Below, in pieces: positions 11,221 to 21,578 of a stretch of DNA of 64,000 nt (its first letter is position 1; every line of letters begins with the position of its first letter). The DNA comes from Candidatus Bathyarchaeota archaeon. GTDB taxonomy: Archaea > Thermoproteota > Bathyarchaeia > 40CM-2-53-6. The notes under the pieces are model-generated. The model was not told where the DNA came from, did not search any database, and saw nothing but the letters and a program-made list of their open reading frames with translations. The stretch covers positions 1,408,001 through 1,472,000 of the forward strand of contig CAVTBR010000001.1 of assembly GCA_963733055.1 (NCBI GenBank). Reading direction: 5' to 3'. The position numbers and the translations under genes were made by a program.

Positions 11221-12042
11221 TCAGAGTCGCCTGCACGGAATGTCTGCGGTATTGCGAGATTGTTGGAGAACAGGGATCGTCTCTCTCGCCTTCGCTATCA
11301 AGTCGTTATCAATTTCATAGCGTCCCATTCGGTTTCCGTATCCTAAATCGAGCACCTTAACTCCGAACGGGTTGGCTACGATGCTTCTACCAACGAAATT
11401 CTCATTGGCGTTTCCAACCCCGACTACGAAGCTTGTATTCTCGGCGGCGCGTGCCATCAGGTAGGTTTGCCATTGCTCCTCCTTTAGTGGGCCGCGGAAC
11501 CAAGCGGCTGGAACTACTATTACCGTCGCGCCGGACATAGCCTCTTTCTTCACGAGTTCGGGAAAGCGAAGGTCGTAGCAAGTAATGACGCCGAATGTAG
11601 TATTGCCGACATTGGCGAGAATCAATTCCGATCCTGACGCGAAAAAGTCTGACTCCTTAAAGCCGAACACGTCGAACAAGTGGATCTTCCTATAGCCGCC
11701 CAATACCTTTCCGCGGTCAATGATGACCGCCGTGTTGAATATCGATGCGCTTGCCTTCTCAAAGGTCGGCAACACGACAGCGACTTGGTTTTCCTTACTC
11801 TTCTCCGCGACGCTCTTGACGAATTCTCCATCTAACGGTTCGGCAAGGTCGGCTACGTAGTTTCGGGTTAGGGTTCCCTTCGGGTAACCCATACTGTATT
11901 CCGGGAAGACCACTAAATCGCAATCTTTCCCAATTTCCTCAAGAGAACGAATTACGTGAGCGAGGTTCTCGGTCTTCGAAGACGTTACCTCCAGCTGTAC
12001 GAGCCCGACTCTAAGCGATCGCGTACCCACGAGTAGCACCAA
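11221..12042 (-). CDS. Carbon-nitrogen hydrolase (nitrilase superfamily, Nit-like)
   Basis: VFPE, YRKIHLFD, TCYDLRFPE catalytic triad motifs. Confidence 0.92.
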   Translation of the reverse strand: MVLLVGTRSLRVGLVQLEVTSSKTENLAHVIRSLEEIGKDCDLVVFPEYSMGYPKGTLTRNYVADLAEPLDGEFVKSVAEKSKENQVAVVLPTFEKASASIFNTAVIIDRGKVLGGYRKIHLFDVFGFKESDFFASGSELILANVGNTTFGVITCYDLRFPELVKKEAMSGATVIVVPAAWFRGPLKEEQWQTYLMARAAENTSFVVGVGNANENFVGRSIVANPFGVKVLDLGYGNRMGRYEIDNDLIAKARETIPVLQQSRNTADIPCRRL

Positions 12043-12367
12043 GAGCGCATTAGCTGATTAATCCGCATAAGTCTTTAACTCAATCAACTCGCTTGCACCA
12101 GATTCTACCTTCGCTTGTCTGGACGTGACGGGTAATCGGTTAACTGGTTGGGTATCAAGAATCGACGGTCAAGAGCCGGTCTGGAGAACCGGCTCCAGCA
12201 TCATATGATCGAATCCTCTCGCTCTCACAAAGCAATGCTATGACGGCTCCAGTAATCGCGTCGGAATGAGGTTCGGTTCCGAAATCCGCGAATCACACGT
12301 AACCAGAGTCGCTCGCCCAACCATTGCCACACCTAAAATGTTTGCTTCAACAAGAGATCGATTCGGC

Positions 12368-13510
12368 TTATTTCAAGTCAGTGACGCTTTCGCTCATTTT
12401 GGGTAGAAAGAGAGCTAGGAAGCCTCCGATAAGCGCGAATCCCGCGACGATCTCGAACGCGTGGGTTAAACCGAGACTATCAGCTAACGCTCCGAAGCCC
12501 AGGGCGGCTATGCCTCCGATTCCCACGTAAAAGCCGAGCATGAACCCCGAAACGGCTCCAATGTTGCTTGGGGCGGCCTCTGAAGCCATCACCACAATCA
12601 CTGACCAGCTGGCGTACAATACGGCGCCGGACAGGGCTAGGAGAATTAGCGATGTGACTCCGTTCGTTAGAAGAAAACCGTAGAACATTATCGCGCCGAG
12701 CAGGAGGGAGACTACTATTATTGGCTTCCTACCGACACGGTCAGAAAGGTAACCGCCTCCAAGTTGCCCCAGTACCCCCACCCCAAGCCAGACCGACGCA
12801 ATCGTAGTTGCTAGCAGGAGCGAGTCACCTCGTACCACAAAGTACAGTGGAAGGAAAGTGACCACGGTTTGCAGAGTTACGGAGCGAAGGGCAGTAATGC
12901 TAGCTAGTAGGCTCAGCATCCGCCTATCCGCAGGAGACCGCTGCCTCAAACTCTTCTCTTCAACCTTCCTAGGGTTGATCTTCGCTTTGAAGAGAACAAA
13001 TGCAACTACCAAACCAACCGGAAGCAATAGCACCATCCCCCGCAGACCGAACGCAGTGCCCAATGCGCCGGCGACGAAGGGGCCGAGAAAGAAGCCGGTG
13101 TTTCCCGCTGAGAGAAAGATGCCCATGTCCTTACCCCGCGATGAGCTGCCCGACTTCACGACAGCTGAAAACGCTGGAGGGTGGAACGACGCCGTCCCGA
13201 GCCCGGCGGATCCAACGAAAAATAGCAGCAGGACGTAGCTTGAAGAAAAACCGAGCAAGCTCATACCTACGCAGTTCAATGCCAACCCCGCCTCCATGAG
13301 CCATGCGATGTGAGAGCGGTCGAACCAGTGACCGAACAGGGGCTGCATTATGGAGGAGGTGACGTTGAAGACCATCGCGACAACCCCCGCGAGCAGATAC
13401 GAGAGACCGAACAGGCTAGTGATTATTGGTAGCAGGCCCGAGAGGCTGTTGGAGAAGAGATCATTAACTCCATGACCCAACGCCAATAGGGATGAAGTTG
13501 AAAGTTTCAA
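12368..13510 (-). CDS. MFS transporter (Fsr-like)
   Basis: Multiple TM helices, GHGVND, QPLFG..FDR, FHPPA, GYLSDRVGRK. Confidence 0.9.
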   Translation of the reverse strand: MKLSTSSLLALGHGVNDLFSNSLSGLLPIITSLFGLSYLLAGVVAMVFNVTSSIMQPLFGHWFDRSHIAWLMEAGLALNCVGMSLLGFSSSYVLLLFFVGSAGLGTASFHPPAFSAVVKSGSSSRGKDMGIFLSAGNTGFFLGPFVAGALGTAFGLRGMVLLLPVGLVVAFVLFKAKINPRKVEEKSLRQRSPADRRMLSLLASITALRSVTLQTVVTFLPLYFVVRGDSLLLATTIASVWLGVGVLGQLGGGYLSDRVGRKPIIVVSLLLGAIMFYGFLLTNGVTSLILLALSGAVLYASWSVIVVMASEAAPSNIGAVSGFMLGFYVGIGGIAALGFGALADSLGLTHAFEIVAGFALIGGFLALFLPKMSESVTDLK

Positions 13511-13649
13511 GACTCTAAACCTACGACCTGAATCGCGAACCGTAAACCGTTACCGGGAAGTGAAGCTTGCAACTCACCAGCAGATATAAGTGGCGAGGTC
13601 CAGCAGACCTGCTGAACGACCAGATCAAGACAACGCTCACGGGTTAGCC

Positions 13650-13980
13650 ATGCGAAAAGTGCTCTTTGTTTGTACAGCAAATCTCCAGCGTAGCCCGACG
13701 GGCGAGAAAATCCTTCCAAGGCTGGAAAGGAGTTTGGGAAGCAAAATCTGCTGGAATTACACCAGAATCTTCAGGAAAGCTGTTGACGCAGGAGCTTGTG
13801 GATTGGGCTGATCTAATCTTAGTCATGGAATCGATCCACGGCGACTACATACGCTCGCACTTTCAATGCAACCAAGACAAGATACGCACCCTGAACATAC
13901 CGGATAGATACTTCCGGGACGACCCCGAACTCATAGCTGTACTACGGAAGAAGGTCCCACCACTTCTAGACGAAATCTAA
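13650..13980 (+). CDS. Low-molecular-weight phosphotyrosine phosphatase-like protein, with an apparent +1 frameshift near 13705
   Basis: VLFVCTANLQRSPT P-loop, then WADLILVME and IPDRY in the next frame. Confidence 0.85.
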
Positions 13981-14012
13981 CGCCCGACGATGATTTATCA
14001 TTCTTTGTAGGG

Positions 14013-14489
14013 TCAAGTGGATCGAATTGTCAACGCGTAGCGATAGAAGACCTCATCACGCTTGTACCCCAATTTCTCGTATAACTTCTGGGCGGTGAAG
14101 TTGTCCGTAGCTGTCTCGAGGAGAAGAGCATCGGCGTCTGTTTCCTCCGCGAGCTGACGTGCACGATTCATTAAAGCCTCACCGACTCCTTGGCGGCGGG
14201 CTTCGGGAACCACGAAGAGATCGGACAGTATCCATTGCCGCCGAAGGGTTAGGGATGAGAAAGTTGGGTATAGATGCACCAAACCCACCAGTTTCCCCTG
14301 TCGCTCGCCGTCCGAGATAGCCAAGAAAAGCACAGACTCATTATTCTTTAGCCGTCGCTTCAAGAAGGTACGGGCACCTTTCGGGTCAGGTTTTTTCTTG
14401 TAAAACTGTCTATAAGCATCAAAGAGGGGAGCGGCCAGTGGTGAGAGTCTCGCGTTTGCTTTAATGATTCTCAGGTTTTCGTTGGGCAT
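14013..14489 (-). CDS. GNAT family N-acetyltransferase
   Basis: LFDAYRQFY, DLFVVPEARRQGVG, DNFTAQKLYEKLGY. Confidence 0.9.
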   Translation of the reverse strand: MPNENLRIIKANARLSPLAAPLFDAYRQFYKKKPDPKGARTFLKRRLKNNESVLFLAISDGERQGKLVGLVHLYPTFSSLTLRRQWILSDLFVVPEARRQGVGEALMNRARQLAEETDADALLLETATDNFTAQKLYEKLGYKRDEVFYRYALTIRST

Positions 14490-14624
14490 GGACTGGTCTA
14501 GGGGGTTGGAGATAGAAAAGGTCACACTTCGGAAGTTGTCATCAACCATTTTTGGTGCGTTCGGGTTGGTCTGAGTGTTTCTGGTCTGCAGTAAGGAATA
14601 AGGCAGATGCGGAGTCATGCTAGG

Positions 14625-14819
14625 TTAGTTTAGTTCCGGATGCTTCTTCGTGTATCGGCAACCGCAGACTGCACATCGCTGAAATCTTGAGTGAAATTGC
14701 AGCAAATGATGACAAACATCACAGCACGATTCTCGATGAACCGTCCAATGATGCTCATGCAGCTGACCGTTTGAAGGAAATACCTTAACGGGTTCGCACA
14801 GCTTACAATAGTGGCTCAT
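14625..14819 (-). CDS. Small Cys/His-rich zinc-finger protein
   Basis: CKLC..HHWTVH (C2H2-like) followed by CDVCHH...H...CAVCGC. Confidence 0.7.
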   Translation of the reverse strand: MSHYCKLCEPVKVFPSNGQLHEHHWTVHRESCCDVCHHLLQFHSRFQRCAVCGCRYTKKHPELN

Positions 14820-14864
14820 TGAGTGACTACAACATGCAATACACGTCGTTACGGGGTCAAGGGT

Positions 14865-15065
14865 TTAAGTTTCGTAATGACAAACCGGCCAGTCCGGACA
14901 CCTGTAACCCTCATAGTGACGACAAGAATCACAAACGGAACAATCAGTGCACTCATACCTTTGAATTTCAGACTCGCCAACTCCCAGCACGTCTAACAGT
15001 TCAATTGCACCGCAACGCCAGCACTCAACCTGTTCTATACCCAACGGTCTTTCCCTCGAACCCAT
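14865..15065 (-). CDS. Small Cys-rich zinc-finger protein
   Basis: CWRC...CTDC..CDSC...C...C in 66 aa. Confidence 0.6.
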   Translation of the reverse strand: MGSRERPLGIEQVECWRCGAIELLDVLGVGESEIQRYECTDCSVCDSCRHYEGYRCPDWPVCHYET

Positions 15066-15387
15066 AGGCAGTATTCTTGAACGTTGATGGTATTCGTTTT
15101 CAGTGCTTACCGAGAGCGATAACCACCTATATCGTTTCAAGTCCAATTAGCCGCCCTTTGCCTTTTGGGATGCTAGGGGTGCTTCATGACGAGAATGATA
15201 CGCGCAAACAGAAAGCAAATGGTACGGTCGCTTGATGTCTAGGGATATTTGGCTTTGGCATCGATCTATTTCTTCCTCGGTTACTATTCAGGTATGCGCA
15301 TAGCGTTAACAGTATGAAGCCTCTTGATTGGACGAATCAGCAGGTATGCGTTCAATGATCGAACTGCTGCCGGGTGAAGTCACAGCG

Positions 15388-15501
15388 TTAAGACTGGTGT
15401 TCATCCAGAGCAAAATGGTGCGGGGGAGGGGATTCGAACCCCTGAACTGAAGCGTCCTTCGGGCGCCCCTGCGGGACAGATTCTTTGCTAATTTCTGCCA
15501 T
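15388..15501 (-). pseudogene. int(N): N-terminal fragment of the partitioned integrase
   Basis: ATG ORF MAEISKESVPQGRPKDAS-VQGFESPPPHHF reads through att in the same frame as int(C). Confidence 0.7.
15411..15447. repeat. att site (copy of the tRNA-Leu 3' end)
   Basis: CAAAATGGTGCGGGGGAGGGGATTCGAACCCCTGAAC, identical to 20500-20536. Confidence 0.95.
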
Positions 15502-15508
15502 TGTGTTG

Positions 15509-15769
15509 TCACCGCTTTTTGCCGAAGAAAAATTGTTTATCGTATTGCGGTTCAATGTCTGGATATTTTTCCTTGTAGAAATCTAGACAAGATTTCATAA
15601 CGGCTTCTTTTGAATTTGGAGTCTGCGCTTTTTTCCCCATACTATTCATGCGGCCCACCTGATAGTGGGCCCTGAACATGTTCTGTTGAATATCGCCTCG
15701 TGGGATGTGTTTGAGTTCCTCACGAACTGTTTCTCTCATTCTCGTCAACTTTTCTTGAGCTTCGAACAT
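15509..15769 (-). CDS. Hypothetical protein of the integrated element
   Basis: 86-aa charged helical ORF ending just before the int(N) start. Confidence 0.65.
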   Translation of the reverse strand: MFEAQEKLTRMRETVREELKHIPRGDIQQNMFRAHYQVGRMNSMGKKAQTPNSKEAVMKSCLDFYKEKYPDIEPQYDKQFFFGKKR

Positions 15770-15926
15770 GGGCTTCCATTCCTTAATGTAGGTATGTATG
15801 TGGGTATGTACCATTTAAGGATTCCGTCGGGGGTCGCTAATACCCTGTAGGAGAGCCCAATTGTAATCGAGTGGACCTCTCTTCTTGATTTCAATGACAA
15901 TGTTTCGAAACCCAATTGAAAAATAA

Positions 15927-16556
15927 GTGAGGTTACCGATAGGGCAACTAGCGAATTCCTTGGACTGTATATTTCATCAAAACATGGTCATTTGGCGACA
16001 TGGGGCAGTCTGGAACGGTTTCGGTGTCTTCGGTCAAGGACGGAGGGGTAAGACAACAGTGACTTTCGAGTTTGCGCTTCAACTTCTGAAAAACGATATG
16101 CTTGATTTTAGAATATTTGACGACAACTTTCTTCTTTTCAATTCTATCATGAAACGCCCCTCAACGAGTCCCTACGGAGATTGGGGATGCGACCGAGTAG
16201 GAAGGATTACTGACTTTGAGCGGGAAGCCCGAACTAAGGGTAAGAAACTTACTGACTTCAAGCCAATAGACCAACCACAATACCCTGTGAACGACGCAAC
16301 GATATGGTTCTTGTCTCCCAGACTTGACCTACAAGAGGTTGTGCGGAATCCCTGCGGGTTTGATGCGTTCCTCGAATTGTTGGCAGCGAACCATCCCTGT
16401 CATAATGAAGAATGGCAGCCAACTTCGGAGAAACTACTTCCAAGCTTCAACGCTAGCTGGCGATATGAGCAGGTCTACTTGCAGACTTCAATTGAGATGC
16501 TAACTCTAGCTGCAAGAATGGCTTACCAAACAGTTTTTGGTAGCTCTAAAAGCTAA
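15927..16556 (+). CDS. HPr-kinase-like P-loop protein
   Basis: HGAV...GVFGQGRRGKTT...FDDN pattern typical of HprK-related kinases. Confidence 0.6.
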   Translation: MRLPIGQLANSLDCIFHQNMVIWRHGAVWNGFGVFGQGRRGKTTVTFEFALQLLKNDMLDFRIFDDNFLLFNSIMKRPSTSPYGDWGCDRVGRITDFEREARTKGKKLTDFKPIDQPQYPVNDATIWFLSPRLDLQEVVRNPCGFDAFLELLAANHPCHNEEWQPTSEKLLPSFNASWRYEQVYLQTSIEMLTLAARMAYQTVFGSSKS

Positions 16557-16654
16557 ACATAGAGGTTGTCATGGGTTAGGTAAGGTTTCTAAGAAATTTT
16601 GGATTTAACGGAGAATTATAGGTTAGGTATTTTGGGCCTTTCGGCCCAACGGGT

Positions 16655-17158
16655 TTAGGTGTAGTCGTTTCGAGTTCTGCGTCTGATTACGCCGTACCCG
16701 ATTATCATGAGGATTGCCAGGACCGCTAACCCGAATGGGTATTCAGCGATTGGAGTTGAACTGACAGTGAGGTTTTCGCAGGGACTAAAGGGAGTCGCAG
16801 GTCCAGAATAGGTTCCGTCTTGGTCGAAGGCGCTATACGTGCCCTGAGAGAGTGTGGTTGATGTACTGTAGGAGCCTGCGCTGTTAGCTGTTGTCGTAAG
16901 GATTTTCAAGACGGTTGGAGAAGCGCATGATGATGGACCGTTAATGATGTCTATGATTATGGTATCTCCAGAAGTTAATGGTGGTGTGACTTGGCCAGAG
17001 AATGTTATAGTCTGTCCAGAGAGTGCAGGGTTGGGCGAAATATTAAGCGTAATTGTAGCGACAGGAGCGTATACGGGTGAAAGGAAAGTTGCTCCCATAA
17101 CTGTAAGCACCAGAATTGAAACCACCGCAACTCCAATCAACCTTAATCTCTGAACCAT
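16655..17158 (-). CDS. Secreted Ig-like protein with C-terminal EYP-TM-RRR anchor
   Basis: Signal peptide, S/T-rich beta domain, tail IAEYPFGLAVLAILMIIGYGVIRRRTRN. Confidence 0.85.
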   Translation of the reverse strand: MVQRLRLIGVAVVSILVLTVMGATFLSPVYAPVATITLNISPNPALSGQTITFSGQVTPPLTSGDTIIIDIINGPSSCASPTVLKILTTTANSAGSYSTSTTLSQGTYSAFDQDGTYSGPATPFSPCENLTVSSTPIAEYPFGLAVLAILMIIGYGVIRRRTRNDYT

Positions 17159-17271
17159 AAGCTCCCCAAACCACTCAACAGTGTGAGGAAGTCATATCTA
17201 TTTAACGTAACGTGTCGAGAAGCCTTATCGTGAATGTCCTGGAACGATTGGGCCTCGACGGCCCAACGAAG

Positions 17272-18135
17272 TTAATGGATGTTATTTCTGGTTCGACGTC
17301 TAACTAAACCGTACCCGACTATCATGAGGATTGCTAGGATTGGTAGCCCAAGCGGATACTCAGGTATGGAAGAAGTAGGGTTGAGGGCTATACCAGCCTC
17401 AACCCACCCAGTATAGAACGTGCTGAAGAGGGTCGCTGGAAAATTTGTTGGAGAAGATACAGGGTCGGAATACTCGGCATTTGAAGGGTAGCCCGTTATA
17501 TGGAGGGGAGGAGGGGGCTGGGGGGAGAGCGTAAACCCAGCTCCAGGTGTTAACCCAGTTAGAGCCGAGCAGTTACAACCTGCTATAATTCCAAGTAGAA
17601 ACGCCCCAGGCTGGAAGCTGACCATAGTGGATGTGGAGACCGAATTACCACTCCCCACTCCACCGGTGGCCGTCGCCGCCCCGGTGGTCGTCACACCAGC
17701 CACCTCATAAACATAGACAGCGTCTTCGGCAGCACATATACCCCCGCAAGAAGGCGACGGGGGAGGTATGCTAAACTTCGCTGTAACTGTATCTGCTCCG
17801 CTCGAAGAAAGAGTAGCGATGTAAATCGCCGCATTCGCATCTTCCCCACCAGTCATCGATGCTGCTAAACTAAAAGACGAACTCAAGGTGTCAGTGATAG
17901 AAGTGACCGTGTCCTTCCATGCTACGCCTACGATTAACACGTCTCCGCTTGCAACGCTGCTTAAGGCAACCGTGACCACAGGACTTGGGGTAGGAGGATT
18001 AAAGAACGCATTACCGTTAAAGTTGAACTGAACGAGGGTGGCTGCGGCGTGAACAGGCAGCGGCGCCAAGACGAACAGAGACATGAACATAACTACCAGT
18101 ACGCCAAACCCAGCGGTTCTACGCATCACGAACAC
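17272..18135 (-). CDS. Secreted surface protein with C-terminal PEYP-TM-RRR anchor
   Basis: Signal peptide ending VHA, beta-rich body, tail IPEYPLGLPILAILMIVGYGLVRRRTRN. Confidence 0.88.
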   Translation of the reverse strand: MFVMRRTAGFGVLVVMFMSLFVLAPLPVHAAATLVQFNFNGNAFFNPPTPSPVVTVALSSVASGDVLIVGVAWKDTVTSITDTLSSSFSLAASMTGGEDANAAIYIATLSSSGADTVTAKFSIPPPSPSCGGICAAEDAVYVYEVAGVTTTGAATATGGVGSGNSVSTSTMVSFQPGAFLLGIIAGCNCSALTGLTPGAGFTLSPQPPPPLHITGYPSNAEYSDPVSSPTNFPATLFSTFYTGWVEAGIALNPTSSIPEYPLGLPILAILMIVGYGLVRRRTRNNIH

Positions 18136-18740
18136 GAACCCAAGCGTAGGAGTCTGTTCCTGAAGATAATAAGACTGCTATAGTTTTCGACTGACTTGAG
18201 AAATGGGGCAGGAGTGTTCCCTTAACAAGGCGAACTTGACCATGACGTCATCAAGAATCTAATAGAATAAAGAAAAGAAAATTAGGGCGATTATCTCGCC
18301 CAAGGTTAGTAGCCTTACGCTACAAATTTCCTCTTGTCTAACGTTCTTGTCGTGCTCGATAGATTGGGCCTGGGAGGGTTAGACCAGGTGAACCGGCCCA
18401 ACGACGCCTCCTGCACAATATACCTACGGCCACCAGAGTCAACGTTCAAAATTACTGAACAGCCTAACCCCCCGTGCGCCTGCGCCTTGTTTTCTGGTCG
18501 CCTACGTAGGGGTGAATACGTTGCTAACATCCCCATCTAGAACACGTCGCTAAACAACTCCACTAACTCATCGTTAACAGAGCCCTAGGAGAGTCAACTG
18601 CCAGAAATACTGAATATCACAGGATACTAGACGGTAGCATTTTTCATCTCACCAACAGTTTTCACCACCCACCGTTACCCTCATGAGTTCATGTCGAAGA
18701 AAAGCTGGAAAGTTTGGGCCTAGCGGCCCAGCGTCAGTCG

Positions 18741-19589
18741 TTAATGGATTCCGAATAGGCCTCTTCTTGAAAGACGCTTCTTGGATAGTCTTGTTGCAGC
18801 AACAACTCCCACCAGGGAGCTCAGAATAACGGCAGTGTCGGAATCAAATTCTGGAAGGACCTGCTGTTTGAAAATCATCGGAAGATATGCGGAACCATTT
18901 AAGAAAGAGGTTCCATCGAAACCACCAATCCCGGCGGCGAATCCTATTTTATCTTCAATTGCGTTTTTCAACAATATTTCGTTCTTGTATTTGAATTCAA
19001 ACTGCAGATGGTCACTTGCATTAATTGGGGATGGACCGAGGAAACTAACCCAATCATAATCCTGTCCCTTAGTAAACAGTTTGAAAAATGGCGTTCCGGG
19101 TAACTGAACTTTTCCAGTAAGGTCGGTACTTTCTTCAATCCAACTGCTAAGGGATGGGCTCAGTGTTAGATTGTAAACTCCGTCAGCTCCACCCTCAAAA
19201 CTTCCAACGTTTTTTGTGTCAAATTCAAGCCCTATTAATGGAAGGTCACCAAACTTTGAATTGGGAATATCAACTGCTTGATAGGTAAATTTTGCATCTC
19301 GCTTAGTTCGAAAATGAAAAATAGGCTGAATCTGTTGATTCCATACCATAGAAGGAATTGACTGATAATCCTTCGAATCAGAGTACCATTCGTCCTTCTG
19401 AACCTGACCATCAAAAGTAACTGGGACTCGAAGCTGACCAACGTCGATTTCTGTAATTGCTGGCGATTGTCCAAGCACGTTCGGAAGCTTTGAAAACAGA
19501 AACATGCCACCCCCCGCAAAAGCCAGTTTCGATAGAGCCCGAAACGTCTCTCTTCGAGAATAGTCCATAAACTGAGATTCGATAATCAC
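18741..19589 (-). CDS. Putative Tat-exported protein with PEF-CTERM-like tail
   Basis: N-terminal SRRETF plus hydrophobic helix; C-terminal LPEF-TM-KKR. Confidence 0.8.
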   Translation of the reverse strand: MIIESQFMDYSRRETFRALSKLAFAGGGMFLFSKLPNVLGQSPAITEIDVGQLRVPVTFDGQVQKDEWYSDSKDYQSIPSMVWNQQIQPIFHFRTKRDAKFTYQAVDIPNSKFGDLPLIGLEFDTKNVGSFEGGADGVYNLTLSPSLSSWIEESTDLTGKVQLPGTPFFKLFTKGQDYDWVSFLGPSPINASDHLQFEFKYKNEILLKNAIEDKIGFAAGIGGFDGTSFLNGSAYLPMIFKQQVLPEFDSDTAVILSSLVGVVAATRLSKKRLSRRGLFGIH

Positions 19590-19651
19590 TACTTATGGTT
19601 TAGCGAACAATATACCGGCAGCATACCGTCCAATCGCCTAACGGTGGATAG

Positions 19652-20638
<987 letters not shown>

Positions 20639-20690
20639 AAACAAGCCACTCCGAATATCAACCCAATAGATTAGCGTAACGCCAGTTCGG

Positions 20691-21467
20691 TTAGAGGATT
20701 ACGAAGAAGAAAAACACGATAACCAATAGGATTCTGTAGACGCCGAAAGGAATGAAGTTATGCTTTTTGACGTAACCTAGGAATAGTTTGATTGCAGGTA
20801 TGGCGACGAGGAAGGAAGCGACGAATCCAACGAGCAGCAGATCAACTTGGCCGGACGAGAATTCGTTGTAGGACATTAGCAGATCAAAACCCGAAGCCGC
20901 TGCCATAGTTGGTACTGCGAGAAGGAAAGAGAATAGGACGATCGTTTGACGCTTCATACCCAACGCCAAACCACCCATAATCGTGGGTGCTGACCTGGAA
21001 ACGCCGGGTATCACGGACACCGCTTGAAACAGGCCAATGAGGAGGCAGTCTCGGTATGGAATCTTGGATATGTCATCGACCTTTGCACGTTCCTTGTACC
21101 GCCACTCGAACAAAATAATGAATACGCCGCCCAAAAGTAAGGCCCACAAGACGATTTGTTCGTTCCCGAAGAGCACGTCTTTGAATAGCCTGTAGATCAG
21201 CAGCCCCACTATGCCCGTTGGAATGAACGCGACCAACAAGCGCTTGAGAACTTCGACATCAAGAAAATACCTCCAATAAAGTACCACCACCGCTAAAATT
21301 GACCCAAACTCGAGAGCGAGCTCGAAACTTTTGACAAATGGTGTCTGGGCGATGTTCAGCAGAACCGCGGCAAGTATCGTGTGGCCTGTTGACGAAACGG
21401 GTAGGAACTCGGTCAGCCCCTCAACTACCGCTAGTATAATCGCGTCAAACAAGTCCAAACTAGACAC
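20691..21467 (-). CDS. uppP: Undecaprenyl-diphosphate phosphatase (BacA/UppP family)
   Basis: EGLTEFLPVSSTGH, PGVSRS, FSFLLAVP. Confidence 0.93.
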   Translation of the reverse strand: MSSLDLFDAIILAVVEGLTEFLPVSSTGHTILAAVLLNIAQTPFVKSFELALEFGSILAVVVLYWRYFLDVEVLKRLLVAFIPTGIVGLLIYRLFKDVLFGNEQIVLWALLLGGVFIILFEWRYKERAKVDDISKIPYRDCLLIGLFQAVSVIPGVSRSAPTIMGGLALGMKRQTIVLFSFLLAVPTMAAASGFDLLMSYNEFSSGQVDLLLVGFVASFLVAIPAIKLFLGYVKKHNFIPFGVYRILLVIVFFFFVIL

Positions 21468-21578
21468 GACGTTTCTTAGAGATTCTCGTCGTGAACCATT
21501 TGACGGTAGATTAGCATTACGGTTCCCGAGGCGTCAATTCAGGGAATCGTTTTTCAAGGATGGATCACACGAAGCAAC

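Larger units (their letters stand above)
16632..18730 (-). repeat. Family of GGGC-type hairpins just 3' of cargo genes (16632-16649, 17248-17266, 18285-18301, 18715-18730)
   Basis: TTGGGCC-tttc-GGCCCAA, TTGGGCC-tcgac-GGCCCAA, GGGCGA-ttatc-TCGCCC, TGGGCC-tagc-GGCCCA; three of them lie 5-10 nt past a stop codon. Confidence 0.8.

Noticed and set aside
15306-15512. ORF-track 68-aa ORF as int(N)
   Set aside because: It crosses att in a different frame from int(C); the ATG ORF 15388..15501 is the in-frame one.
18136-18714. Intact gene between cargo genes 2 and 3 (ORFs 18315..18536 and 18334..18540)
   Set aside because: No recognisable motifs and stops in the other frames; more likely a decayed cassette or non-coding DNA.
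20691-21467. uppP as evidence of peptidoglycan synthesis
   Set aside because: BacA-family phosphatases occur in many archaea, plausibly for lipid-carrier recycling, and there are no mur genes here.
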